Part shown: positions 8,686 to 17,911 of the stretch, in pieces
Position numbering within the stretch: the first letter of the stretch is position 1
Layout of the letters: each line of letters starts with the position of its first letter
Assembly (NCBI GenBank): GCA_030754595.1
Contig: JASLZZ010000109.1
Span: forward strand, 28,226-92,225
Reading direction: 5' to 3'
Origin: Nitrospinota bacterium
Lineage (GTDB): Bacteria; UBA8248
DNA length: 64,000 bases
The notes under the pieces: model-generated
The model's database searches: none
What the model was told of the DNA's origin: nothing
Seen by the model: only the letters and a program-made list of their open reading frames with translations
Position numbers and translations under genes: made by a program

Positions 8686-9918
8686 CTAAATTACACCTTT
8701 CTTGTTCAGCCTATCGATCTCTTCCGACCCCAGCCCGAGCACGTTGCCGTAGATTTCATCGTTGTGCTCGCCGATGAGCGGGGCGGGATGCTCGTAGCCG
8801 CCGGGTGATTTTTCCAGCTTGAACGGGAAGCCCTGGGCATGAACACCCGGAACCGCGCCGAGGCGGGGATGCGGAAGCTCGCCGATCATCCCCCGCTCGC
8901 GGAGGTGGGGCCAGGCGAGAATGTCCCGAATGTTGCGGACCGGCCCGCAAATCACCCCGCCCTCCCGCAGACGGCGGACGGCCTCCCCGGTATCGCGCTC
9001 CTTTGTCCAGGCCACGATGATTTCATCGATCTCCTCGTTGTTCTCGAGGCGTCCGGTCATGTCGGCGTAGCGCTCATCGTCGATCAGATCATCGCGTCCG
9101 ATGGCCCTGAGAAGATCGCGCCAGTGGATGTCGGTGCCCGTACAGATGACGAGCCAACCGTCATTCGCCGGGTAGGAGTTGAACGGGGAGAGCCGCATGA
9201 TGCGGTTGCCCATCCGCTCGGGGAGGCCGAGTTCTTCGTAGCAGTCCATCGGCTCATCGAAAATCAGGGAGAACATACAGTCCGCCATCGAAATATCGAC
9301 GAACTGGCCCTCTCCCGTGCGCTCGCGGTGAAAGAGCGCCGTCATGATGCCGCCGAAGGCGAAAGTGCCACTTAGGCTGTCGGCCAGCGCCGAGCCCGCC
9401 TTGGTAGGCGGTCCGTCCGGAAATCCGGTCAGGTCCATCAGTCCGGACGCTGCCTGGATTACCGCATCGTAGCCCTTGAGGCCCGCGTCCGGTCCGGTGG
9501 CGCCGTATCCCGAGATAGTGCAGTAGATGAGCCTGGGCCGGCGCTCTTTCAGGGAGGGATAGTCGATGCCGAGGCGTTTCGTCACACCCGGCCCGAAGTT
9601 TTCGACGAGGATGTCGGACTCGTCCACAAGGCGGAGGAAAATCTCGCGCCCGCGCGGTTCCTTGATGTTCAGGGTGACGGACTTTTTGTTTCGTGCGCGC
9701 TTGAGGTAGGCGATACTGATGTCGTCTTCAGTCTGCTTTTGAAACGAGATTCCCTTGGAGCCGACGAAGGGCGGGCTGTCGGCGACCGGGTCCTTCGCTC
9801 CCGGATTGTTGATGCGGATCACCTCGGCCCCCAGGCCGGCGAGAAACAGCGTCGCCTGCGGGCCGGCGAGATATTGCGTCAGGTCGAGAACCCGGATGCC
9901 TTCAAGTGGTTTTGACAT
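8686..9918 (-). CDS. CaiB/BaiF family (class III) CoA-transferase
   Basis: PLEGIRVLDLTQYLAGP, RNKKSVTLN, ENFGPG, GYDAVIQA, APLIGEHN. Confidence 0.95.
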   Translation of the reverse strand: MSKPLEGIRVLDLTQYLAGPQATLFLAGLGAEVIRINNPGAKDPVADSPPFVGSKGISFQKQTEDDISIAYLKRARNKKSVTLNIKEPRGREIFLRLVDESDILVENFGPGVTKRLGIDYPSLKERRPRLIYCTISGYGATGPDAGLKGYDAVIQAASGLMDLTGFPDGPPTKAGSALADSLSGTFAFGGIMTALFHRERTGEGQFVDISMADCMFSLIFDEPMDCYEELGLPERMGNRIMRLSPFNSYPANDGWLVICTGTDIHWRDLLRAIGRDDLIDDERYADMTGRLENNEEIDEIIVAWTKERDTGEAVRRLREGGVICGPVRNIRDILAWPHLRERGMIGELPHPRLGAVPGVHAQGFPFKLEKSPGGYEHPAPLIGEHNDEIYGNVLGLGSEEIDRLNKKGVI

Positions 9919-9989
9919 GAGGCCATTCTACCGGCCGGCGGGATATTTTTCACCTGGCGGCGCCATCCAAACCTCGGCTCCACTACCGG

Positions 9990-10203
9990 CTCCGCTATCG
10001 CCCTTCGAACCATTCCCGCAGGGTCCGCCCATCGGCCAGCCTTTCCCGCCCGATTGGCGCTCCGGCCAGTTTTTCCATCTGAGACCGCCCATCGACCACC
10101 CTTTTCTTTTTCCGGCCCGGCGCTTTGGCCATTTTTTTCATTCAGGCCGGCGGTCCGGCCAATCTTTTCCGCCGGCTTGGGGCTTTGGCCAGTCTTTTCC
10201 GCA
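9990..10203 (-). repeat. Degenerate ~30-bp tandem repeat, about 7 units
   Basis: Minus-strand units GCGGAAAAGACTGGCCAAAGCCCCAAGCCG, GCGGAAAAGATTGGCCGGACCGCCGGCCTG, GATGGAAAAACTGGCCGGAGCGCCAATCGG, GCGGGAAAGGCTGGCCGATGGGCGGACCCT. Confidence 0.65.
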
Positions 10204-10648
10204 TGGCGGCGGCTCTTGCCAGGACGGAGGAGGCGTTCTTTCCGTTCGCTCCATGAACATAAGCCAATCGGCTCAGGGTTTTTGCGATATGGGAATGATC
10301 CGGCCCTAGATTTTTTTCATATATGGCCAACGCCGTCTTCAATACACGCTCCGCCTTATGGAATTTATTCTTGCGAAAATACACAGGGGCCATCTCAAAG
10401 AGCGCATGGCCGACTTCCGTATGCCCGGCTCCAAGGACTGTCGTGCGGATTTTCAGGCTCCGCTTATATAGCGCTTCGGCTTTATCGAACTTACGCTGAT
10501 GCCGCAAGGAAGTTACCCGGGCGCTGAGTTTTTTCGCCTCCGCGAGCGTTTCTCCGGCCTGGGCAGGTGCAACCGTCCCGGAGATAGAAAAACCCGAAAT
10601 AACGGCGGCAAGAACAAAAAGGGCGAAAATCTTCGATGCTGTCCGCAT
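10142..10648 (-). CDS. Exported tetratricopeptide-repeat protein (kinesin-light-chain-like TPR)
   Basis: Signal peptide; AEALYKRSLKIR..LGAGH and ALAIYEKNLGPDH repeats. Confidence 0.8.
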   Translation of the reverse strand: MRTASKIFALFVLAAVISGFSISGTVAPAQAGETLAEAKKLSARVTSLRHQRKFDKAEALYKRSLKIRTTVLGAGHTEVGHALFEMAPVYFRKNKFHKAERVLKTALAIYEKNLGPDHSHIAKTLSRLAYVHGANGKNASSVLARAAAMRKRLAKAPSRRKRLAGPPA

Positions 10649-10884
10649 AGTTACTCCTCTGTGAGCTCAAAATTGAATCGCAAACGCGCTTTCCCGGCCG
10701 CGCAACAAGTTACAGCCGGAAGAATGTGATTACCGACAAACGAAACGCCCCCACTGTGAACCGAATCGCAGTTCAAGATCAACAATAATTTAATCTACGG
10801 AATTACCGCAGGAATTATCATTCTCCGTTGCGTCTCTATAAATGAAAAATCCACCAAAAAATTTCATTTCCGGCGGTCCGGAAA

Positions 10885-11517
10885 CTACCCCTTCTTGGCC
10901 GCTTTATTTTTCTTGGAGCGCTTGGCCAGCCTGGTCCGCATCGCCCGGGCCTCCTTGAGGAGCGGGGCGGCCTCCTCCCACAAACCGATCAACTCATAGA
11001 CGCTGGCCTGGCGTTTCAGGGTGTCGGCGATGAAGGCATGGTCCAGGCCCAGATTCTTCTCGTAGATAGCGCGCGCCCGTTTAAGAAGCTTGGTCGCTTT
11101 GGCGAACTGCCCCAGGTTCCAGAAGGAGGGCGCCATTTTGTATAGTGTGTGGGCGACTTCGATATGGCCGGGGCCGGCTGTCCTCTCGAGGGTCGACAGC
11201 CTCTTCCAGAAAAGGGCGCCGGCCTTCTCGAATCGGCGCGTCGCCTGGTAGATGGTGGCCAGAGCGTCCTGGCTTTCGAGCACCTGAGCATGATCGGGCT
11301 TGAGGGATTTTTCGCGGTAGGCCAGGGCCTTCCTCGCCAGCGGGAGCGCTTTTGTGTACCTCCTCGAACGAATGAGTTCTTTCACCTGCTTATTGAGTTT
11401 GTTTGCCTTTGAGAGGGGGCCGTTGATGACAAGCTTCTCGCCCTCCCCGCAGGAGGAAAGAACCGGCAAGGCCGCGGACAATAAAAAAATCGCGAGTTTC
11501 CTTGATGTAAACCGCAT
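10885..11517 (-). CDS. TPR lipoprotein, paralogue of the neighbouring gene
   Basis: Lipobox-like LSSC; KLC-type TPRs (EKSLKPDH, EKNLGLDH). Confidence 0.8.
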   Translation of the reverse strand: MRFTSRKLAIFLLSAALPVLSSCGEGEKLVINGPLSKANKLNKQVKELIRSRRYTKALPLARKALAYREKSLKPDHAQVLESQDALATIYQATRRFEKAGALFWKRLSTLERTAGPGHIEVAHTLYKMAPSFWNLGQFAKATKLLKRARAIYEKNLGLDHAFIADTLKRQASVYELIGLWEEAAPLLKEARAMRTRLAKRSKKNKAAKKG

Positions 11518-11775
11518 CGCTCAAGCCCCTGAAATTGGCAGAAAGCTTCCGGTGTGGGCGGCAACCGATGCCCACCCCTCCCAAATTTATTCAAATCCAG
11601 GGGCGCATGCGTTATGGATTTGTAAGGGACTTGTAAAATATCAATTAAATTGAAGCCGGACGGGCCGTTGAGGCGAAATTTATCTTTTATAATCTTCAAG
11701 GATTTTAGAATTTTAAGTACGCCGAATAACGGGTGACGGCCTCTGACACGGCCCGGCTCGGAGCCCAACTCGGGG

Positions 11776-12327
11776 CTACGGTTTTCCCGTCAGGTTTCGC
11801 TTCACCTGGGGCGCAGCGGCGGCGGCGCGGACCGCGATCTCATCGTCCGAGATGGTGCTCAAAGGGTGCTCGATTACAACCGGATCGATGTCCTCCATCC
11901 CGAGCGCGGCGCGCTGGACATGGGCCTCGTGCAGAAAGGTCTCGGTGACGATCACCGCTGTAGGGACGCCGAGTTGTTCGAGGTATACGCCGTCGTGCAT
12001 ACAGCACGATGTGCACGAGCCTCAATCGCCGATGGCGGTGACGACGACATCGCTCTCGGCGGCGATTCGGCCGATTAACTCGGGCGCGGCGTTTTTCGAA
12101 AAACTCTCCTTTTTATAGAACGTCACCTCGCCCATCTCCTCCTCGGCCGCGAGAAGAGAGAGCGTCTTTTCTAGAAACCGCCTGCCGTTCCACTTTGTGT
12201 TGTCGAGGACGCCTACCCTGAGCCCTTCGAGAGAACCCGCCCTGGCAGCGATGGGACGCGCCTCGGCCTCGACCGCGCCGCGCGGGTCGTAGACTCTTTG
12301 TCCCGGGGTGTTCATCAAAGTGTTCAT
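11776..12327 (-). CDS. UGSC-family putative selenoprotein (183 aa, Sec at codon 102, TGA 12022-12024)
   Basis: AAGGAGG RBS; VVTAIGD-TGA-GSCTSCCMHDGVYLEQLGVP is in frame with ORF 11776-12000; U-G-S-C motif. Confidence 0.88.
11993..12009 (-). promoter_or_regulatory. Putative bacterial SECIS element
   Basis: 12 nt after UGA: UCGUGC-UGUAU-GCACGA. Confidence 0.6.
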
Positions 12328-12352
12328 CGGAATTCCTCCTTATTAACAACGC

Positions 12353-13453
12353 CTAAAGCATGCAGGTGCCGTCCACGCAGACCGGCCCCGAGGCCGGCTC
12401 GCTGTCGTCGATCGCCCGCAGCACCGGGTTCGTCATGTGCCCCCATCCGGGGATGAAAGCCGAGAACCGGCCCGCCTCCCCGCCCAGGACGAAAAGATGA
12501 ATATTCTCGGGACCCGGCACGATGGGAATCCGCGCCTCCGGCTCGCGCCCGTACCAGCGCGGCAGGTTGCGGTTGTAAATTTTTCCGTAGCGATGAGAGA
12601 AGCTGACGTCGGCGAAAGTGTTCTTGGTGTTCATCCACAGGAAACTCCGCACGTCGTGGCGCGTCCATCCCTTCGAGGCGATGGTGGCCGCGTGCTCGGG
12701 GCCGATCACCACGGCGCACGAGCCGCTGCTGACGGCGTTGTTGTGGGCGATGGTGCTCATCGCCGAGCAGACGCTCTCCAGTATCCCCTCGGGATCGTCC
12801 GAAATGTGGTTGGTGACGCTGTGAGGCGCCTCGGCGGCGATGGCGAACACCGTGCTGACCTCGGGGGCGAAGCCCTTTTCGACGTGGTAGGGCGCCCAGG
12901 GACTTATCTCCTCGTTCTCGGCGACGCAGTAGGTGTACTTCCCCGGATGGCCGAGCGTGCTTTTATCGAGTTCGCCGGGCCAGGCGCCGCCGGCGTTCAG
13001 GAGAACCAGCCGCACCGCCCGGCCAATCGTCGCGTTGGCCCGGTTTCCCGATCCGAAGGCGTTGCACCCGGCGTTCATCCCGATCTCGTTTCGAACCGGG
13101 CCGTTCATAATGATCAGCGGCGAGGCCATGTGGGTGGTCGCCTGTACGCCGTTCAGGTTGAAATGGGGATCGCACAACGCCCGTATCGCCGCGCGGACGA
13201 CAGGGGCGTACTCGGGCAGACAGCCCGCCATCACCGCGTTGACGGCCAGTGTCTCCCGCGTCAGGCTCCCCCACCGGGGCGGCACCCGGCACTCGAGCGT
13301 GTCCGCCCCCCCGCCCAGCGCCTCCAGCATCGCCGCCACTTTTTCGGGCGTCGGCGGCGCGACGGGCAGCCCGTCCGAAAATCCCCGTTCGTAGTAGTGC
13401 TCGATCAGATCTACATCGGGGCCGACGGTTTCGCCGGCAGCCGTTTCGGGCAT
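12353..13453 (-). CDS. Uncharacterised UGSC-associated protein with C-terminal CVDGTC
   Basis: 366-aa ORF with AAGGAG RBS; DGLPVAPPT, AVNAVMAGC, GNRANATIGRAVRL, GHPGKY, ENEE motifs. Confidence 0.8.
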   Translation of the reverse strand: MPETAAGETVGPDVDLIEHYYERGFSDGLPVAPPTPEKVAAMLEALGGGADTLECRVPPRWGSLTRETLAVNAVMAGCLPEYAPVVRAAIRALCDPHFNLNGVQATTHMASPLIIMNGPVRNEIGMNAGCNAFGSGNRANATIGRAVRLVLLNAGGAWPGELDKSTLGHPGKYTYCVAENEEISPWAPYHVEKGFAPEVSTVFAIAAEAPHSVTNHISDDPEGILESVCSAMSTIAHNNAVSSGSCAVVIGPEHAATIASKGWTRHDVRSFLWMNTKNTFADVSFSHRYGKIYNRNLPRWYGREPEARIPIVPGPENIHLFVLGGEAGRFSAFIPGWGHMTNPVLRAIDDSEPASGPVCVDGTCML

Positions 13454-13516
13454 GAGTCTCTCCTTAAATCAGTTTTCGAATTTTCAGACGTCCATAAAAA
13501 GATAACTCTCCGGCTT

Positions 13517-13966
13517 TCAGCCACCCTGGCGCCCCAGCTTTCGGCAGAGGCGGCGAAGCTCGTCCTGCTCGGCGGCTGTCAGCGCGGCCATTTCGTCGCG
13601 GATAGCGGCGACGCGCCGGGGAAGCAACTCCCGGATCGTATTCTTTCCCTTGGCGGTGAGGCGGACGGCCACCCGTCGGCGGTCGCCCGGGTCGCGCTCG
13701 CGCCGGACCATACCGCCGCGCTCGAGATTGTCCACCACCATGGTGACGTTCCCGCTCGTCCTGAATATCTTCTCGCCCAACTCGCGCTGTGAGAGCGGCC
13801 CCAGATGAAAAATCGCGTCGAGGACGCTGAATTGGCTCTGAGTGATCGCGAGGCCCGCGAACTGCCCGTTCAGCCGGCCCATCACCGACTCCCCGGCGCG
13901 GACGAGATTGATGATCGCGCTCAGCGCCCGCGCCTCGGACTTTGGACCACGGTAGCGGCTGCCCAT
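13517..13966 (-). CDS. MarR family transcriptional regulator
   Basis: SQFSVL, NVTMVVDNLE, DPGDRR..LTAKG winged-helix motifs; GAAGGAGG RBS. Confidence 0.95.
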   Translation of the reverse strand: MGSRYRGPKSEARALSAIINLVRAGESVMGRLNGQFAGLAITQSQFSVLDAIFHLGPLSQRELGEKIFRTSGNVTMVVDNLERGGMVRRERDPGDRRRVAVRLTAKGKNTIRELLPRRVAAIRDEMAALTAAEQDELRRLCRKLGRQGG

Positions 13967-14043
13967 CCGGCCTCCTTCAGGTTTTAACTCTAAATTATCA
14001 ACTTCTTTTCAGGACGAAACCCAAGCCTTGCTATCCATTTTAC

Positions 14044-14096
14044 CTTAACATCAAACTATTTAATGTTAAGTTAATAGAGAAAACACCGGGCGTCAA
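14044..14096 (-). promoter_or_regulatory. Sigma70-type promoter overlapping a palindromic operator upstream of marR
   Basis: TTGACG(14096-14091)-N17-TAACTT(14073-14068); inverted repeat CTTAACATCAAA-cta-TTTAATGTTAAG at 14044-14070 (11/12 match). Confidence 0.6.
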
Positions 14097-14191
14097 GGGG
14101 GATTTTCCGGAAATATCCGGGGCCTGTAATCGAATGCCTGGAAAAGGAGTCAGAGGGCCGTAAGAAGACGTCAGAGGGCTGGGAGTAGGTA

Positions 14192-15331
14192 TCAGGAAAC
14201 TGGAGGCTTCGGACCCGGGCCTTCCGCATCCGGGCCTTTCACCCCCTCATACGTGGCGCGGGCGAGGTCGGCGCCGGTCAGGTCGGCGCCGGTGAAGTCC
14301 GCGCCGTCGAGATGCGCCCCTTGAAGGTTGCACCGGGTGAGGCGGGCATTGACAAGGCTGGCGCCCTGGAGCTTTGCGGCGCGGAGCATCGCCCCCTCCA
14401 GGTTCGCTCCGTCGAGAATGGCGTTCCGGAGGTCGGCCCCGAGCAGCCACCCCCCGGCGAGGTTCGCGCCGCCGAGGTCCACCCCGGCCAGCTCGCCTCC
14501 CTGAAAGTCTGTTTTTTCAAGGTTCGCCCTCGAGAGATCCGCGCCGGGGAGCGCCGCCCTTCTTAAATAGGCTCCGGCGAGGTCCGCCCCTTCGAGGTCG
14601 TGGCCGCCGAGTTCTGCGCGGCGGCCACGCTTCGTCCCGCTCTCGATCCATTCATGGTGGGCTCGGACGATTTCCTCAAGTTCACCTGCGGAGAGCCTGG
14701 GGGGCCGGGCGGCGGGCGCCGCGACGGCGGCCTGCGCCGGGGTGAGGCGGGACCGATCGATGGTGGCCCCGGCGATCTCGGCCTCCTCTAAAGTGACGCC
14801 GGTCAGGCCGGCCCCGGTCAGATCGGCCCGCTGAAGCTTGGTTCCGCGCAGGTCCGCGCCCGTCAGGTCCGCGCCGATCAAACCGGCCCCCTGGAGATCG
14901 CTCAGGAAAAAACTCGCGCCCGGCGCGCTGACCGAGCGCAGGTTCGCCCCGCTCAGGTTCGACTGGAACAAATCGGCATCCCCGAGTTTCGCCCCTTCGA
15001 GATTCGCCCCGCTCAGGTTCGCCCACTGGACGTTGGCGTTCCGGAGGTCGGCGCCGGAGAGGTCGGCCCGCTCGAGCCGAGCCATGAAAAGGTTGGAGAA
15101 CCGAAGCGCCTCGCCCCTCAAATCCGCGCGCGCGCCGCTTGCCCCGCCCGAGTCGAGCCACCGGGCATGGGCCTCGATCCGCCTGGCGAGCTCACTCTCG
15201 GGAAGCGCGCCCACTCCCGCCGGGACCATGAGCAGTCCGGGCGGATGGGCCGCCTTGGAGGCGGGGCTCGCCTTATGAGCGAGACATCCACGAGATATTC
15301 TTGAAAACAGCCAGTTCAGGATTCGGCACAT
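14192..15331 (-). CDS. Pentapeptide-repeat protein with two duplicated modules
   Basis: A(D/N)LxG repeats, each module led by HxxWxxS-G-x-G-xRAxL; start placed at ATG 15331 (GGAGG upstream). Confidence 0.85.
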   Translation of the reverse strand: MCRILNWLFSRISRGCLAHKASPASKAAHPPGLLMVPAGVGALPESELARRIEAHARWLDSGGASGARADLRGEALRFSNLFMARLERADLSGADLRNANVQWANLSGANLEGAKLGDADLFQSNLSGANLRSVSAPGASFFLSDLQGAGLIGADLTGADLRGTKLQRADLTGAGLTGVTLEEAEIAGATIDRSRLTPAQAAVAAPAARPPRLSAGELEEIVRAHHEWIESGTKRGRRAELGGHDLEGADLAGAYLRRAALPGADLSRANLEKTDFQGGELAGVDLGGANLAGGWLLGADLRNAILDGANLEGAMLRAAKLQGASLVNARLTRCNLQGAHLDGADFTGADLTGADLARATYEGVKGPDAEGPGPKPPVS

Positions 15332-15392
15332 GTCGAGAGCGCCTCCCCTGGAAGGGTTAAAGACGGAGACCGGCGCCCGCCCGGCGGATATC

Positions 15393-16199
15393 CTATCCCG
15401 TCCGAGCGGCCTCTCGGAGAAAATCGAGGCAGAGGCGGGCAAAGACCTCGGGCGCCTCGATGAGGGCGACGTGGCCGGTGCCCTCGAGAACGACCTTTCG
15501 CGAGCCCTCGATTCGGGAATGAATCTCCTCGGCATGATGGGGCTCGACGATGAGGTCGTGGCTCGAAGCGGTCACCAGGGTGGGCACCCGGATCCGGTGC
15601 AGGCGATCGAGCGTGTCTCCGTGGAGGGTGGCTTCGAGCTGACCGATCCAGCCCTCCCGGGGGCCGGAGTTTTCGGCCAGCCACTTTGCCTTCGCTTTCA
15701 TCTCTCCTGCGTTCGCGTCGTAGTAGCTGTGCGAATAAAGGCCGAGCAGGCTAAACTCGGCGAGCGTTTCCATGTCGCCGTGCTCGGCGATGCGCTTCCG
15801 GGTCGCCTGAAAATCGCCGAGGCGGGCGCAGTTGCGCGCCCAAGTGTGATGAAGCCCGAGGCTGAGGACGCGCCCGGGGTGGCGGAGGCAGAGCTCCTGG
15901 GAAATGTGGCCGCCCATCGAAAAACCCATGACGTGGGCCGCTTCGGTACCCGCCGCGTCCAGGACGGCGGCCGCGTCGTCGGCCATGTCGGCGAGTCGGT
16001 AGCCGGGCGGGGGGACGCTGCTCGCGCCCACTCCCCGGTTGTCGAAAACGATGCAGCGAAATTCACTCTCGAAAAGAAGAAGCTGCCCGGACCAGAAGGT
16101 GTGGTCGTGTCCCGTTCCGCTGACCAGTAGAAGGGGGGGGCCATCTCCCGAGGTTTTATAGCGAAGTTCGACGCCGCCCAGCGCGGAGGCTACCGGCAT
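15393..16199 (-). CDS. Alpha/beta hydrolase
   Basis: FDNRGVG, GFSMGG, C-terminal GTGH. Confidence 0.9.
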   Translation of the reverse strand: MPVASALGGVELRYKTSGDGPPLLLVSGTGHDHTFWSGQLLLFESEFRCIVFDNRGVGASSVPPPGYRLADMADDAAAVLDAAGTEAAHVMGFSMGGHISQELCLRHPGRVLSLGLHHTWARNCARLGDFQATRKRIAEHGDMETLAEFSLLGLYSHSYYDANAGEMKAKAKWLAENSGPREGWIGQLEATLHGDTLDRLHRIRVPTLVTASSHDLIVEPHHAEEIHSRIEGSRKVVLEGTGHVALIEAPEVFARLCLDFLREAARTG

Positions 16200-16253
16200 G
16201 TCGATTATCCCCCCTGCCAGTAGACGATTGGATCGAAACCGGAAAAAGCGGCG

Positions 16254-16688
16254 CTACTTCTTGCGGTAGACAACTGCTGTTTTGGACTCTTTTTTGGCGG
16301 CGACTTCCTTACCCATGATGTGATTGAGCTTGGCTTCGAAATCGACCGGCGAGCAGGGCAGGACGACGAAATCGTCGACGCCCACCTGATGGGCCCGGAC
16401 GACATCCTCCTTGGTGGGCGTGGACATCAGGAGAAGAATTTTCATATGAGGGCCGAACTCTTTGCGGATTCCCTCGACCGAGTCGAACGCTTCGGGGAAA
16501 TTCCCGTCGATCAGGAAAATATCCCATTTTTTCGCGTGGGCGCGGATGTCGGCGATGGCTTCCTTAATCACGGTGTTCGTGCCGACCGTAGTGATGTCGC
16601 ATCCCCGGAGCATGTCGCGGATGATGCGGATCATGAACTCCTCTTTCGCCGCGAAAATAACTCTCGGGGTTTTATTGCCAATCGCCAT
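16254..16688 (-). CDS. Single-domain CheY-like receiver protein (atypical)
   Basis: DIFLIDGNFP and VRAHQVGVDDFVVLP pattern. Confidence 0.7.
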   Translation of the reverse strand: MAIGNKTPRVIFAAKEEFMIRIIRDMLRGCDITTVGTNTVIKEAIADIRAHAKKWDIFLIDGNFPEAFDSVEGIRKEFGPHMKILLLMSTPTKEDVVRAHQVGVDDFVVLPCSPVDFEAKLNHIMGKEVAAKKESKTAVVYRKK

Positions 16689-16840
16689 CGCGTCTCCCGA
16701 ATCGAAAATGCTCCCGAAAACTAATTTTATTGATAAACGCAGCCTCCGATCAACCCGCTCCGGCCAGGATGATGATAACCCCGCGGCTGATTACGGTTTC
16801 AGGCGAATCGGGGGGGCGCCGGACCATACCTTCCGCCCGG

Positions 16841-17878
16841 CTAGAGCCCCCGCAAGGCGGGCAGGATTTCCTCTCCGGCCAGTTGAAGCCGGTGCGGTTT
16901 TTTATCCACGTCGGGGATCGTCACGAGAATCCGCCTGACGCCCGCTTTTACGTATTCCTCAAGCCGCGCGGCGCATTCCTCGGGCGCTCCCGTGATCACC
17001 CCCGAGTCGGGAACGACGGCGAAATTTTTCCGCTCGGTCTCGGCGTCGGCCGGGTTCCGCTCGGGGATGAGCATCAGCATCACCGAGGGGCGGAAGAGGT
17101 CCGGGTCCAGGCCCGCCTCCCGGCGGATTTCGGCCAGCTCCGGTATCCGCCGGGCGAACCGCTCGGGGGGCCACCACCGGGAGTTGAATCCGTCGGCATG
17201 GCGCGCCGCCACCTCGAGGATCTTGTCGCCCTCCCCGCCGATCCAGACCGGCGGCGCGGGTTTCTGGAGCGGAGGGGGGTCGCAGTAGGCGTTTTCGATC
17301 CGGAAATATTCGCCCTGAAAGCTCGGAGCCGGATCGGTCCACATCCGGCGGATGAGCTGGACGGCCTCGGCGAGCTGGGCGATTCGCTCCGAGGGTTTCG
17401 GAAACGAATATCCGTAGGAGGCGTACTCGGGCGCGAGCCAGCCCGCTCCGATGCCGAACTCGAGGCGGCCGCCGCTGATGACATCGAGCGTCGCCGCCAT
17501 CCGCCCGAGAAGGGCGGGGGGTCGGTAGCCCACGGCGTTGACCAGATGCCCGAGGCGGATGGTTGTCGTGTCGCGCGAGAGCGCCGAGACCGCCACCCAG
17601 CTGCCGAGGAGAGGGATCGCCACCGGGCCGGAGTCGACGCCCGACTGGTCGGCGCCCGACTGGTCGGCGCCCGACTGATCTGCATCAGGGTCTCCCTTGC
17701 CCGAAATTTAGGCGTAGGCCTTCGGATTGACCGAGAAGAAGTGATCACACCGCCAGAGGGAGTGGAACCCCATCCGCTCGGCCTCGAGCGCCGCCTCGCG
17801 CATTTTCTCGTAGCTGCCGATGAAAAGCCCCCGGACGGTGAGGGAAAGTATCAGCCCCAGCTCGACCAGCGGCGCCAT
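16841..17878 (-). pseudogene. Luciferase-like monooxygenase (LLM, probably F420-dependent) with in-frame TAA at 17708-17710
   Basis: ATG 17878 with AAGGAG; GFHSLWRCDHFF then TAA, continuing in frame into ORF 16841-17623 (TLDVISGGRLEFGIGAGW, PPVWIGG). Confidence 0.8.
17636..17680 (-). repeat. 15-bp tandem repeat x3 in the LLM gene (DQSGA DQSGA DQSGV)
   Basis: gatcagtcgggcgcc gaccagtcgggcgcc gaccagtcgggcgtc. Confidence 0.85.
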
Positions 17879-17911
17879 GAAATGCTCCTTTCAAAAAAAA
17901 AACGCTAAATT

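Noticed and set aside
9990..10203. CRISPR array
   Set aside because: Units are degenerate and contiguous, with no unique spacers and no cas genes
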